A DNA stretch of 64,000 bases from Narcine bancroftii (GCF_036971445.1 NC_091477.1:113584001-113648000); one strand, 5' to 3'; counted from the first letter of the stretch, positions 34,721-48,787 are shown. Translations and numbers: made by a program. Notes: generated by a model not told the origin, from the sequence alone.

Positions 34721-37239
34721 CCATTTCTTTGTCCTTCCCTCAAGCAGTACTTTTTGGAGGCCATACACATTCCCTCATCTACAAAGCAGACACATCCAAT
34801 TCTGTTAAATTTCAGTTCTCTTAGATTTATGATTCTCTTGGAGTTTATGATTTTTTTTAGTGGTAGATGTCATTCAGTTTAAAGAATAGAAGAGGAAACA
34901 GCAACTTGTCGCAAAATATTACAGATGCTGGAAACTGAAGCTTAAAGCTATCAGCTGGAGGAACTCAGTGAGTTAAGAACCATCAGTGTGAGAAGGATAG
35001 TGGTCTGTATAAAGGGTTTTGGCATGAAACATCAACCATTCTCTTCCTGGTGCATGTCCCCACACCCGCCCCCACCCCATCTCCCCACGTTCCTCTGGCA
35101 GAAAGTGTTTGGTAACTTGTCCCTGATTGGTTTTGCTTTCAATGTTCCCATTTACTTCCCAGGAAGTTTATTTGATTAATGTACCAGCTTGTCTTTCCTC
35201 CACTCGTCTTGGAGTTGGAGTTTAGGGCCTCAGTTTATAGGTCAGGGAAGAGAGATGATGGGTAGAAGGATCAGGAACAAAAATAGGAGTGATGGTTGCA
35301 AATCAGGCATTCAAGTAGGCGAAAAGATGGCGTATAGCAAGGGAAAAGAGGATTTATAGAAAACCATTTAAATAGTGCGAGTCTAATGAATGGTGGTGTA
35401 CAAAGAGATATTGGTGTATTCAGCTACGAGTATTCAGAAAACAGTGTAATCAGGAAAGAAAATGTAATTTTGGCCTTTATTAGAATCGATATATTAATTT
35501 AAGGATGAGTAACTTGGAGGGAGTTTGTAGAAGCTTCGCAGCATGAATTCCTGCGAAGAATTCCTCTCAAGAAAGATTCAGTGGATTCTGCCTGCCTAGA
35601 TGACTGAAAAGTTAGAGTTAATTATCAAGCTTGAGGGAAACTGACAGAGATGTAATGATTTTTTTATCAGCAGAGAGAAGAAGAGTCTCAAGATAACAGA
35701 TTTAAGGCTCAGATGAGAAATGTTTTACCACTGTAAATCTGGGAAATTCTTCCCTTGGAGAATTGTGGATGCTAAGTAACTTTATAATTCAATTCAAATA
35801 GATTTTGGGACTGGAGAGGAATCATGTTTATGGGGGGGGGATCATGTGGACTAATTTGCATGTTTTATCATTGATGACACCACATGGCCAAACAGGCTGC
35901 CTTCACCTTTTCCCATGAGTGCACAAGATATTGGTCAGAGATACAAGTTGAACCAACTGCATTTTAAAATGGGCAACTGCGTGCAAATTTTACTAATGCA
36001 TGCGTCTTTGTTCCAAAGTAGCCTGGTGGATGATTGAAATGTTTTTAGCAAAATGTCGAGGGCATGGTAGGAGTTGGGGGTTGTTGGTATGATGCTGTTG
36101 TACGTGACATCTCGTTCTGTGAACAGGAAGAAGCGAGAGTTCAGCTCCACGCTACACGCTCCAGCTATTGGCATTGATGTGGAGTCAGCAGATAATTAGT
36201 GACATTTTCTGTCAGTGGAAAGGAAATTCAACACATTATCTTGCCGTAAGAGGTAATAGAACTTGTTCATTGTTTTTTGGAAAAAAAGTTTATGCACTGA
36301 CATGAGCTTTATTAAGAACTGCCTGCACCATTGATATGGATCCATACCGAGCACATTATAAAACTACCTAATAAAAAAATCACAACAATTTGTATTATTA
36401 CAGAGCTCTTTGCAGCATTGGCCTCTATATCCAGTTTGCACAGTTATTGAATTATTCATAACTGTATTGAATTATTAGTATTGAAGAGATGAACTGAATG
36501 TTAAATTTGTTACTGTTTTCCAAGCTGGTCTCCCTACCTAATACTTTCTAGATATAATTCTCCCTCCCTCGATCTCAGTATCTCCACAATTCCAGATGTT
36601 GGGTCTGAAGCTCCTGTCTAAATTCTATCATCTTTTGAGTACAGTGATGCTTCCTTGCATGAAAGGCACCATACATGTGTAGGTGTTGAAGTAGTCATGG
36701 TGATTCATAGGAAGGTGGTAATTATGCAATTGAAGTGTGCCCTAAATTACTGCAGAATTAACACTTGCTGTGAAGTCCCTCCTGTAACTCCAAGCTGAGA
36801 AAACAAGACACAGTCTTTGCAATGGACATCAAATTATCTTTCTGAACTTTTCAGTTTTTTTTATATCCCTTCAGGGTTGCCTGAAGGATTTTGCAAACAC
36901 TACATTTATGAGACTTACTGAGTTCCTAATGATTAGGAAATAATAATGATTAAAGTCTTGTTTCTCTCCTGGTCTCTTTATCTCATGATACTTGCAAAAT
37001 GTGAATCAATACATTGCTGCATTATCTCCATTGCAAGGATAGGAAAGAGACTAGAGATCTATGCAGAGGTATTTATTCAGGAATGAAGGAGTTGTTGGTT
37101 AATTGGGGTATTTGGGCAGTACAACTCGTGGGCTGGAAGGGCCTGTTACCATACTGTATGCTCAAAAAAAATTAAAATTTATGATCGCTATCACTGGTCT
37201 ACTTTCTGTCTCTTGGCTGAAGGACCTTTCAGGATGGTG

Positions 37240-37670
37240 ACCAAAACAACAGACCGGCAAGGGGCTCAGCGGCTGATGGACCCACACAGGCTGCGAGTGA
37301 CTTGAGATTGGGGGGACCCGCATGGGCTGCAGGCTGCTGGACTCTGGTTTAATCTATCCAGGTATTGCAGCTGGAGTTCGAGAGGATGCTGAGGGCAAGA
37401 ACGGCTTTCAAAGGGTCTCGAGCACTAAAGCCTTCCTGATCATGTCAGAGGTTGGGATCTGCAGCTTGGGCTTACGATGAATCGAGCAGGAGTCTGTGCA
37501 GCTACAGAGGCTGCGGGACCACTGGAGACAAATCCACGGACACTCGGTAACTCTCTTTTGCTTCTTATTCCCTCGAACTATAAGGGACACCGGGCAATAC
37601 TAACAGCAGCCCTTTGTCTGCCTTGCGGCAGGGAAGTGTTGAAGTATATTGTGTATGTTACATTTTAATT
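37240..37670 (+). repeat. Unclassified interspersed repeat, second copy at 41560-41920
   Basis: Shared blocks CTTCCTGAT..GTC.GAGGTT.GGAT, AATCCAC, CTCTCTTTTGCTTCT, ACTATAAGGG.CAC.GGG.AAT. Confidence 0.6.
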
Positions 37671-38909
37671 TTCACACACACACAAATAGATGGGGATAGA
37701 TTTAGTGTTAAAGATAGTTTAAGAGTTAGAAATAAAATTATCATTTTAAAATTAAGCATTATCTGGATCATTGTCCTATTGCTGTTCATTACTCCCGGTT
37801 CCTAACAGTATGGAAATGTTAATATAATAACCTGGTCATACCTCAAGTACTCCTGTTCAGAGGACATCTTCAGGCCCATTCTGCTCCAAAGATTCAGCGT
37901 CAATACTATAGAATAAGGGAGCCCCCCGCCTCCCCACACACACACACAGAATTAACAATGAGCCAAATGATTTTTCCCTAACCTCATCGCAGAGTGAAGG
38001 GAGGGAGGTTTAGGGGAGACATCAGGGGTAATTTCTTTTTAAATACAGAGTTCTGGTTGTCTGAAATGTGTTGCCAGGGATGGTGATGGAGGGTGGAACA
38101 ATAGGGGCATTTCAGAGACTCGTAGTCGGGCACATGGATGAAAGCAAAATGGAGGATTACGAGATAGGGAGGGCTTTTTTTAGGTGTATATATACCATGA
38201 GCTTAAGGGCCTGTAGGTGTATTTAAGTTTTCAAAAATCTTTCTGAAATAACATTATGAATGCAGAATGTTGGCAATTAGTTTCAAAGCGGTGAGTTTGA
38301 AGTTACAGGCCTTGGGTGAAAATAAAGGGCAGGTTCTACAATCAGCAGGAGGTGAAAAGTAATAATCAACAGGGATCGCAGGCATTAATGTTTCCATGTG
38401 TTTGCTAGAGACTTGGATAATATGATAAAATGCCAAAGAGATTTCAAGGTTCAAGATTCCTTTTACAGGGCAGGCTTTGCTCTGAATCCACAAAAGAACT
38501 GCTTCAAAAAGCTGTTTTCTCTCCAGCAGTCAGAATGGTTCACCCTTTGCAAAATCACAATGTCTTTGGAAATGTAATGAATTCTGGAACAAACCTTCCC
38601 TCAGTTCTTCCAATGTATTGAATTATCGCTGGGCTGTGACTTGCGTTGCACTTGTGTGAAATGTTAACTGTGACCATTCAGTCCCTTCTGTCTTACATTT
38701 TACTAAAATGGGAGCTCATAATAATACTTGTCAACTTGCAAACTTGTCCTTGTTGAAGTGAAAAGAGTCACACGAGGGCGAACTTGGTTACGAGACGCTG
38801 TTCCTCTGTAACCGATGACTATTCTTATTCTCCCATACACCCTCAACCCAACCCCAGAAAAGACCACCTGTCAGCTCCCCTGCATTCAGCACCAGTCAGA
38901 TACCCATGC

Positions 38910-39553
38910 TTTTCTTCTTTGGCTTGGCTTCGCGGACGAAGATTTATGGAGGGGGTAAAAGTCCACGTCAGCTGCAGGCTCGTTTGTGGCTGACGAGTCC
39001 GATGCGGGACAGGCAGACACGGTTGTAGCGGTTGCAAGGGAAAATTGGTGGGTTGGGGTTGGGTGTTGGGTTTTTCCTCCTTTGCCTTTTGTCAGTGAGG
39101 TGGGCTCTGCGGTCTTCTTCAAAGGAGGTTGCTGCCCACCGAACTGTGAGGCGCCAAGATGCACGGTTTGAGGCGATATCAGCCCACTGGCGGTGGTCAA
39201 TGTGGCAGGCACCAAGAGATTTCTTTAGGCAGTCCTTGTACCTTTTCTTTGGTGCACCTCTGTCACGGTGGCCAGTGGAGAGCTCGCCATATAACACGAT
39301 CTTGGGAAGGCGATGGTCCTCCATTCTGGAGACGTGACCCATCCAGCGCAGCTGGATCTTCAGCAGCGTGGACTCGATGCTGTCGACCTCTGTCATCTCG
39401 AGTACTTCGACGTTAGGGATGAAAGCGCTCCAATGGATGTTGAGGATGGAGCGGAGACAACGCTGGTGGAAGCGTTCTAGGAGCCTTAGGTGATGCCGGT
39501 AGAGGACCCATGATTCGGAGCCAAACAGGAGTGTGGGTATGACATCGGCTCTG
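38910..39553 (-). mobile_element. 5'-truncated RTE LINE
   Basis: Near-identical to 16070-16713; open frame to ..HKRACS; no TSD evident. Confidence 0.95.
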
Positions 39554-40039
39554 CAAACCAATAACATTTAACTGAATCTTTCATGAGAGGAAATAACATC
39601 TGCATCTCATTCATCTGACAGTGGACTGGCCGGCTCTGCTCTTCAAGGCAAGTTGGAAGGATTATATTCAGTGGAAAGTCCAGCTCTGGTTTTTAGTGGC
39701 AGTTAATTGCTCATTGTGAACCTTTTCTTGAGTGCCTCATCACCCTTAATTCACTGATGCACGAGCTGCACAAGCGACAACTAACTGTCAAAGAGAATCA
39801 CATCTGTGAACGGAGTGAAGGCACTGAGCTCTAGCTTTTGTGCTGCATTTGTCTTTTGCAATTTAACCATGTCAAAGTGCCTCCTGCCGACCAGGTCGAA
39901 GCTGCTGCCAAGGCAGATGGCGCCTCATTCCCAAATGTCGACTTTATGACCTTGCCATCATCTTATCTCAGTAGTCATTGAATTAATTAAAAATGAGCAT
40001 ATAATTTTCGAAGTAACAGCCCTATTAAGGAGAAGTAAA

Positions 40040-40580
40040 AATGTGATGCTGGAGAAACTCAGCAGATTAAACAATGTATTTTATATTGTAAAGATAAAGA
40101 TGTATAACCAACGTTTTGGGCATGAGCAAAATGTCAGCAGGCGCCTGAATTTGGATGATGAAGGACTCAAGCCCGAAATATTGGTTAGGTCAGAATCAGA
40201 ATTTATTGTCATGAACATGTCACAATGTACGTTGTTTTATGTCGGCATCACAGTCCAAACATTTATATAAGCCACCTTACCTAATAAATAAAAATAGAAG
40301 AAGAAAAATACAAAGTAAGGTCGTGTTTGTTGTTCATTGTTCATTCAGGAATCAGACAGCAGAGGGGAAGAAGCTGTCCTTGTGTTGCTGAGTGCTTGTT
40401 CCTTTTTCCCAATGGTAGCAGAGTGCAGAGGGCACAGCCTGAGTGGTGGGGGACCTTGAGGTTAGAGGCTGCTTTCTTAAGACACCACCTTTATAAAGGA
40501 CACTGTTTGACCTGCTGAGTTTCTCCAGCATTGTGTTTTTATTTCAACCACAGTGACTGCGGACTTTGTGTTTTACTTCT
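40040..40580. mobile_element. Head-to-head Penelope terminal repeats interrupted by a Rex1-like fragment (40187-40490, minus)
   Basis: TGCTGGAGAAACTCAGCAG at ~40047 and its reverse complement CTGCTGAGTTTCTCCAGCA at ~40512; insert begins TCAGAATCAGAATTTATTGTCA. Confidence 0.65.
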
Positions 40581-42249
40581 ATTAAGGATAAGATTTATTT
40601 AATGGAGTCGACATTGTTTTACTTTTCACAGCAGGACTGGCAGTTCCTCGGAAACACCAGCTCCATTAAATTAATTCAAAAGAGCAAAAAATGTTGGTGC
40701 TTCAAGCAGGCTTCACTGTAAATACATTCTAGGAAGGAGACAAGTGACACTGGCATTCAAGTGGAGAATGAGATTAAACTCTTAGCAATTAGAAAAGAGG
40801 GCAGGTGGCAGCAGATTGGATTTGCTCCACAACTGCATGTAATCTCTTTCCACTTCTCATTAACAGTCGTTCCAACTGTGATGAATTACTCTTTGTATTT
40901 TGTGTCAAATTTTACTTTGGATTGCTTTTTTTAAAAGTACAATTTTTTTTGGTCTTAACAGTGAATGTCCAAAAAATAATTTTGCTTAACCACAGGTTAG
41001 CTCAGATATTTGTAAAGTTCATTTTCTGCACCAGTAGATCGCAAAGCAATTTTTAAAAAAATGCCTAATGAATAGCATCTATCTTTAGTCAAAAATCTGC
41101 CTGCTCCTGCAGCTGCTTACTGTTTCGGAGTTAACTGGGCAACTGTCTTGTGCAGTGATTACCAGTGTGTGTAATTCCAATGGCCACAGATTATCGGTGT
41201 TACTGAGATTCCTTCTGTCCTTGGTAACGTTATTTTTACATAAAGGATGATATTTAATATGAAAAATGTTTACACATTAGATAATCTTTTTGTAATGTAG
41301 CAACATTTTCCACTCCATTCCTAACACTATACTTGTATCTGCAAGCTTATTTGTATGCCAAACAGTGCAATTCTACAAAACTGGACACTGCAAAGAGGAG
41401 CCCCTTTATAATCTTCTCGTCCTTTTGAGTGTTTTTTTTTTCCCTGAACTGGTCTTCAGAGCTGTTCTTTTCCATCACTTATTCATTCACTAGGACATGG
41501 AGCACCAAGCAAACATAAAAGATTTATGATGTATAATCTTCAGATAAACTCCAGGTACAGTTGCGGGCTGTTGCGACTGCGCTCAAGGGACTCGCACCAG
41601 GTTGCGGACTCCAGGAAACTGGCTTGAGACCAGGTATTAGAAGCAAGATGCGAGAGGGTCCTGAGGGCTTCCTGATGGTGTCCGAGGTTTGGATATGGAG
41701 CTCAGGTTGACTGAAGTCTGATTGGCTGCAGGAGCGCTGGAGGTGAATCCACAGATGCTCAGCGATTCTGGGTGGGCTCTCTTTTGCTTCTCTTTCTCTG
41801 ACTATAAGGGGCACTGGGTAATTTGTGTTGATAGCAAATCTTTGCCTTATGTTTAGACGAAAGGAAATTTCATGCAATACCACATTTTCTGTTTTATTAC
41901 CTGCCAATAACAGAATCTAGGATCTTGGTGAAAACAATATTTTGAGATCACCACATGATAAAAATCTAATTAGGTTATTTCAGCCCACCAGCCTTAAGGG
42001 AGCAATTATATTAATGACTGACAGCTAAACAGTGTTATCTCACATTGACCTTATATAGCACTTCAGAACCTAGAGAATTAGAGAGGAACCGTTAACCTCG
42101 ACCTCAAGAGAGTATCTAAAAAGATAGATATATAAACCCCGCTAATCTCTCTTAAAGAAAAGAAGGAAGCAAATCATGATGTACAAACCAATAAACATGC
42201 TTGTACTGGAGGCTTAAATACTCCAATAAATCAACGAAGTACGGTTGTA

Positions 42250-42600
42250 GTAGTAGTTTATTTATTTAGCGCATTTTACAACGCAAGTTGATCTAAAGCG
42301 CTGAACATACAATTAGGAATAAACTGGTTACTATTTAAACAATAACGGGCAGCCAAAGTACACCGGCACTGCCAACCTTTTACATAGACTATCCCACTTA
42401 GAGCATTCATTATTTAAACCCCAACCCGTTCCTCCCAATCGCAGCAATGAGCAACTTCTCACTTTCAAATGAACAGTGCTACAAGTACCAGACTTCAAAG
42501 AGCAAGCGGAGAAAGCAAATGAGCCCGTTCGCTAATAGGTTTGGATGTTACAAAAAGTCCAACCGCAGCCATCTTAGAGGCTGGTTTAGCAGGACTTAGA
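42250..42600 (-). mobile_element. L2-like LINE 3' end
   Basis: TTTATTTAGCGCATTTT...TAAAGCGCT stem-loop tail with short (GTA)n/(TTTA)n repeats. Confidence 0.4.
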
Positions 42601-42829
42601 TGTTAAAGTCTGCCAACTTCAAAAGGGAAACTACCAGCCAAGTCACAGTTTCTCGAGGCAGCAGAAATCCAAGTGCCATAATTAGCAACTTTTGCACATA
42701 TTGAGGTACATTGATCCCTGGAAATCTCCTCACAGAATTCCTTTACAAGTTTGGAAAGCAGTAACCTTCTGTGTTCATCCTTATTTGAGCCTTGTTCCTT
42801 TACTGGCAAACTGCTCACAACCGGCTTTT

Positions 42830-43640
42830 CAAGTTTATTGTCACAATAAACCTGATATAATGAGAAGGGTTTGTTTCCACAAGCAGACCAACAAGTCGTC
42901 TCTGACATGTGTGGAACCGTACAAAGAAGTAGAGCAAGAGTACAAAGTGTTCCAATGAAAGGATCAATTAGAACAGAAGGAGAGCACTTGAGGGTTTCAT
43001 TCAGGTCACAGATGACTGCAGGGAAGAACTTCCCTTTAAGCCTGTTGTTGTGCTATTTCTTATGGTTGTATCTTCTCGGGGGAAGAGGAAGAAGAGAGTT
43101 TAATGTAGGGTGAGATGGGTCCTTTAGTATATATAGGCTGCCTTTTTTAGGCAATGGGAGGTGTTGATGGGGGGAGTGGCGGGGGGGAGGGAAAGGTTCG
43201 GGCAATGTTCTGTGCTGCCTTCTGCAGCTTCTGATCTTAGGCAGAGCAAGCCAAATACCAAACTGTGATGTATCCATCTTTTGATGGTGCTCTGGCTGAG
43301 TTGTTGAGGGACTAGGGGGATATCCTGAACTTTCTTACTCTTCTAAGAAAGTAGAAGGAATGTTATGCTTTCTGAACTGTTGTGTCAACATGGTCCAGGT
43401 CAAGACATTGGAAATGTTTGTGCCAAAGAACCTAAAGCTATCCACTATCCACTGTCTCCACTTCAGCACAATTGATGTGGGCACGGGTATGAGCTTGACC
43501 CCCTTTCCTGAAGTTTATGGGTTATCAGCTCCTTTGGCTCACTGATGTTGAGAGAGGGGTTGTTATCTGGTCACCAGATCACTATTATCTCAATTACATT
43601 CCTGTATTCCAGCTCTTTATCCAGCATGATGTTGTCAACA
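42830..43640 (-). mobile_element. Old Rex1/Babar-like LINE fragment
   Basis: Minus ORF 43053-43277 contains ILKDPSHP...LLPLPPRRY; tail TTTATTGTCA at ~42834. Confidence 0.65.
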
Positions 43641-44424
43641 AACTAATAGAGTTGGAGCAGTTGTTGGTTGCACAATCATAGCTATGGAGGCTGGAGGGTG
43701 GGGGGAGCAGGGTCGGGGTAGTATAGTGGAGGGGTTGCAGTGGATGGATGGCTGAGGGCAGAACTCTGTGCAATTGGCTGTTCTGAACAAAATTATTTCC
43801 TCGTCTGAGATCTGGAATACCTTGCCCCTCATGTGCTCAGTATCTGAGAGCCTCATCCATCCCTTCACAGTATCTATCCGCTGTACTACATCATTCTGCC
43901 CATATCACTATTCATCTTTGGCTGACTTGGGTGTCTTTCCTTCCTCCTTTACTTTGTGCTGATCCAAAGCCAATGCAAGAGATGCTTGAGGGTAAAGCCT
44001 GTCTGTTCAATCATTTCTTGCTTTTCATGGCCCCCTCCGCCCTCCCAAGGAGTTCTGAGGTAAAGCCGAATATCTTAGCCTCTCTAATCCACTCCCTGCA
44101 CAGCTTGCTTATAAGTGAGGTTATGTACATTTATCATCAGCTTGATCTCCTGATCATCTTGGACCACAGAGCACCTCATCAGTTCTTCTTGTCGATCCCA
44201 TGTGTTTGCAAGGCTTCTTTGCAGTTTGTACTTAACACAAGCCATCAAACGTTAGGCCTGTGGGTCTGCCGTGCTGTCCACATTCATTACCAGGTACTGA
44301 CCATGTTATTTAATCATAATTTTGAACTCCATGAATCTGATATTCCATTTCTGCTCTTTCTGTCAGCTTGTCTTGACCTCCTTTTTTGATTGAGCTAATG
44401 TTATTTTAGCCTTGAGGCATATAT

Positions 44425-44720
44425 TGAACATAGAACAGTATAGCACAGGAACAGGTTCTTCGGCCCACATGTCTGTTGAACTTGATATCCAAGTCAAACT
44501 AAATCTCTGCTGCTTAAACTTGATGAATATCCCTCCATCCCCTTCATATTCATGTGTCTATCTAGCAACCTCTTAAACACTATTGTTGTATTTGCATCCA
44601 TCACTACCCCTGGCAGCCCATTCCAGACACCCACCTGTAAAATATATGCCTCACACATCTGTCTTTAACTTGCTCCTCCTCACCTTAAACACATGTCCTG
44701 TAATGTGTGACACTTTTACC
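44425..44720 (-). mobile_element. CR1 3' end
   Basis: AACATAGAACAGTATAGCACAGGAACAGG tail followed by CR1-like 3' sequence. Confidence 0.6.
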
Positions 44721-45039
44721 CTGCACTGAAGGCTCTGGCTTATTAAGAGTCACTCGGTCGGAGGCTTTATCTGTAAACATTGGGAAAGGGTGGAATTAAT
44801 TATCTAAAATATTATTTGTCTTTCAGGCGAGTCCGTGGAGAGGGGGGCACCTGCAGATACAGTGACAGTTAACTGTTTTCAAAGAATGTGATTGAAAATA
44901 AAGTAAAATGATTAAATGTTTATATATTAATGCAGTGGAGTTTGTTCAGTATGAGTACATTATAGTATTTTGTCTTTTAAATTGTTTATTCTTAAGGTGT
45001 ATTAGAGGATTTATCCTGGAGCCTCCATGTTGATGCAAT

Positions 45040-45595
45040 AACGAAGAAAACTCACCAGCAGGTATACTTTGTGAAGTGTCTGAGAAGATTAGGTATGTCA
45101 CCAAAGACTCTCGTAAACTTCTTCAGGTGTCGAGAGCATTCTGTCTGGTTGCATCACTGCCTGGTATGGAGGCACCAACTCTCAGGATGAGAATAAACTC
45201 CAGAGGGTTGTTAACTCGGCCTGTGACACCACAGGCACATGACTTCACTCCATCGAGGGCATCTACATGAGACGGTGTCTTAAAAAAGCAGCCTGTATCC
45301 TCAAGGACCGCCACCACCCAGATCACATCCTCTTCACTCTGCTACCATCGGGGAAAAGATACAGGAGTCTAAAGACAAGCACTCAGTGGCACAAGGACAG
45401 CTTCTTCCCCACTGCCCTCAGGTTCCTGAATAATCAATGAACCAAAGGCACTGGTTTACTTTTCCTGCACGCTTTTTGTTTTTTTTTAATGGTAATATTG
45501 TAAGATGGTTATAATATGAATGTTTGCTCTATGACGCTGCCACAAAACACCAAATTTCATGACTTGTTCATGACAATAAATTCTTATTCTGATTC
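45040..45595 (+). mobile_element. Rex1/Babar-like LINE 3' fragment
   Basis: VESILSGCITAWYG...RCLKKAACILKDRHHPDHILFTLLPSGKRYRSLKTSTQWHKDSFFP; ends TGACAATAAA + (TTCTGA)-like tail. Confidence 0.85.
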
Positions 45596-48029
45596 ACAGT
45601 TGCTTCCCTGCACTCCAAATTAGTTTCTGCTTAGAGGAGTTTCTGTCCCTGTGAGTGTCAAGTGCCTCTCTCCTCCTCTTCATTTCATTAGCTGTGACCT
45701 GCAGGGCTGTTGTTGGAAACTCAGAGGGCCAGCTTTTGCTCTTGTTACTGCCTCTTCTAGATGAAGCTTCCTTCAATCAGCGCAATCCAATTTCAAGATT
45801 CCTTTGTCATGTAATATTATATGAAACTGCCTTCTGCCTACAGCAAGCCATTTACAGTAAAAGAGAAAGGGAAGCAAAAGAGACCTGGCCATATCCTGGT
45901 GAATGTCCTCTAGCTGGGGGGCCAGAACTACACCCAGTACTCTGTTGTCTCACCAACGCCTTGTATAGCTGAATCATGAGGTCTCATCTTTTGTACCCCG
46001 TTCAATGAAGCCAAGTGGGCAGTTAGCACAATGCAATTGCAGCACCCCAGCAATTTGGGGCCAGGAGTTTGAATCCCATGCCTGTTCTCTCCGTGTCTGC
46101 AAGGGTTTCCTTCAGGTGCTCCAGTTTCCTCCCACCTTTCAATCCATACTGGGGGTTGTAAGTCAATTGGATGTAATCGGGCCTGTTTTTATGCTGGATG
46201 TCTAAATTTATATTTAACTAAAAGGCTTTCTTCACCCCTTTATCAACCTGATTTGCCACTTTCAATGAACTGTGTTCCTGTACCCTGAGTCATTGTAATT
46301 TTTTCCTTTTTCCCATCTTAGTTTTTTAAATTTAGACATCCAGCACGGTAACATAGTCTTGTTTACCTTAAAACCAAACTCTTTGACCGACCATGATTAT
46401 CTGTTCAGGAACAGTTGCTACCCCTCCACCATTAGACTCCTAAATAAATTCAATCAGAGACTAAATTAAGGAAATTTACTCTGCACATTATTTATTACTC
46501 AATATTTATTTTGTTTTTGTATTGCATAGTCAGCCTGTTTATATTTATGTCTTTGATTACACTTATCTCCTTTGTCTACGCATCTTTTCTTGAGTACAGT
46601 TTTTTTTTGCCCTACCAATAAGTAGAAATTCTACCATGCCCACAGGGAAAAAATCTCGGTTGTCTGTGATGTCATGTATGGACTCTGACAATAAATCTGA
46701 ACTTTGAACTTTCTGAAAGAGAGAAAAATAAGTTTTAAAAACATAATGAATTTTCTAAACTGAAATTGGTATACGTTTTCAATAACTGGTCAGTATGCAT
46801 GAGGCTTGAATTTTCAGTGCTTGGTTTACATTGAGGTATTGGTTTGTGGAGCTGAATGGCTTCCATGTGTCATTGTATCAGGATGTGAACATTACAGAGA
46901 ACCTGCCATTAGGAAATGTTATACAATAATTTAATTCTGCCTTTCAAAAGCATCATCTAATTTACCGCGTAGGATTTAATAAATATTTACAAAAGTACTT
47001 ATTCCAACCTAGCCAGTAATTAAAGGTGGCTTTAAAGTGTATTATCCCCTGAATTAGCTTGGAATCTCTTTTCAAATTCCCTTCAGAAATTTCACCATTA
47101 GTTTGCAGCAAATGCATCAATAATTTTTATTTCCAAACTACTTCAGGAAGCTGAAAACTTGCATCAGGGAGACCTAGGGAACGTTTCAGATTTCTGTGTT
47201 AATTCATAATCTGCACACAATATATCCAAGTAATGTTGAATGCCTTTATAACTGAAGCACCTCTTAGCATGAGGCAGTGGCCGAGAAATTCAATGAGATA
47301 GGGGGGATAAAATGGCTCTGCAGAGGCTGCAATGGTGTCAGGGCTTGATTTTCATTTGCACATCTTGGGCAAAGATGATGATTTTCCCCAATTTCCAGAA
47401 TCCTGTTCACAAGCTAAAAATAATCAGCCCAAATAACCTGAACCTCTTCACCACAACAGTGTTCTCCCTCCGCTTGTCAGATAGGAAAATGTACCTCCAT
47501 CATTTGTGGTTTTATTGGAAGGTTCTTATTTAGTTGGTCCTTTCTAAGGAAGGAGAGTGTGGTTTGCATTGACTGTTGACATGGACATAAGGGTCCCTGT
47601 GAACCAATGTAGCAAATCAGTGCCGAGATCACTCTCAACATTGAGGGAAATAGGTGATGACTCTCAGATGTCTGAAGCTAGTTGTCTCCTGTGAATGCAA
47701 TCATTTTTGGTGGTAGTAAGAATACAATGGGCATAATTCTTAATTATTAACTGTTGTGCCATATAAATCAGGAACTGTCATTTGAATATATTTCAAATTC
47801 ACCCACCTCAGCAGATTCGAACATTAAAATCTTTAACTGTCAGAATGTTCCGACCCTGATTCCTGCCTTTGCTACACTTATTAATAGACTGTCACTTGCA
47901 GGTGTTAATGAAGCAGCACACAAGATACCACGGTCGTGGGCTGTAGAAAAAGGAGCAATGAGTCAGTATACAGGAGAGAGATTGAAAACTTGGGGGATGG
48001 TGTACTAACCCACAACCTCTCACTCATGT

Positions 48030-48787
48030 GACTAAAACCAAGATGCTGATTGTCGACTTCAGGAAGGGAAAACCAGCGGGATCCTTGATCAGAGGCGGAG
48101 AGCAAATTTAAATTCTTCAGAGTCGTGATCTCGGAGGACCTTTCCAGGACCCATTGTGAAGAAAGTACATCAGTGCCTCTACTCTTTGCATAAGAGTTTA
48201 TTATGACATCTAAAACCTTGGAAATCTTCTATGGGGGCACCGATACGTCTGAGTGGAAAGCCCTGCAAAAGGAAATGGACAAAGTGCAGGTCATCAGGCA
48301 AAAGTCTACCCACCGTCGACAAAATGTACATGAAATGATGCTGTCGGAGAGCAGCAGCAATCATCAAGGATCCACCCAGAACATGCTCAATATGCATGTG
48401 GCTTGAATTTTCAGTGCTTGATTTACATTGAGGTATTGGTTTGTGGAGCTGAATGGCTTCCATGTGTCATTGTATCAGGATGTGATATCGCACCACCAAG
48501 TTCAGGAACAGTTGCTACCCCTCCACGGTCAGACTCCTAAACAGCAAACTCAATTGGGGACTTGTTTAAGGACACTTTGCACATTATTCATTACTGTATG
48601 TTTAGCTTCTTCTGTATTGTACAGTCAGTTTGTTTACATTTCTTTCTTTATTTCCATTTCTTTCTTGTGTAATATCTTTTTCTCTTGACTACCATTAAAT
48701 AGAAATTCTGCCTAGCCCAAAGGAAAAAGAATCTTAGAGTTGTATATGCTGTCATGTATATATACTGGCAATAAATTTTGAACTTTA
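48030..48787 (+). mobile_element. Rex1/Babar-like LINE fragment carrying a 95-bp foreign insert
   Basis: KTKMLIVDFRK, KALQK, IIKDP, FRNSCYP remnants; GGCAATAAA tail. Confidence 0.7.
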
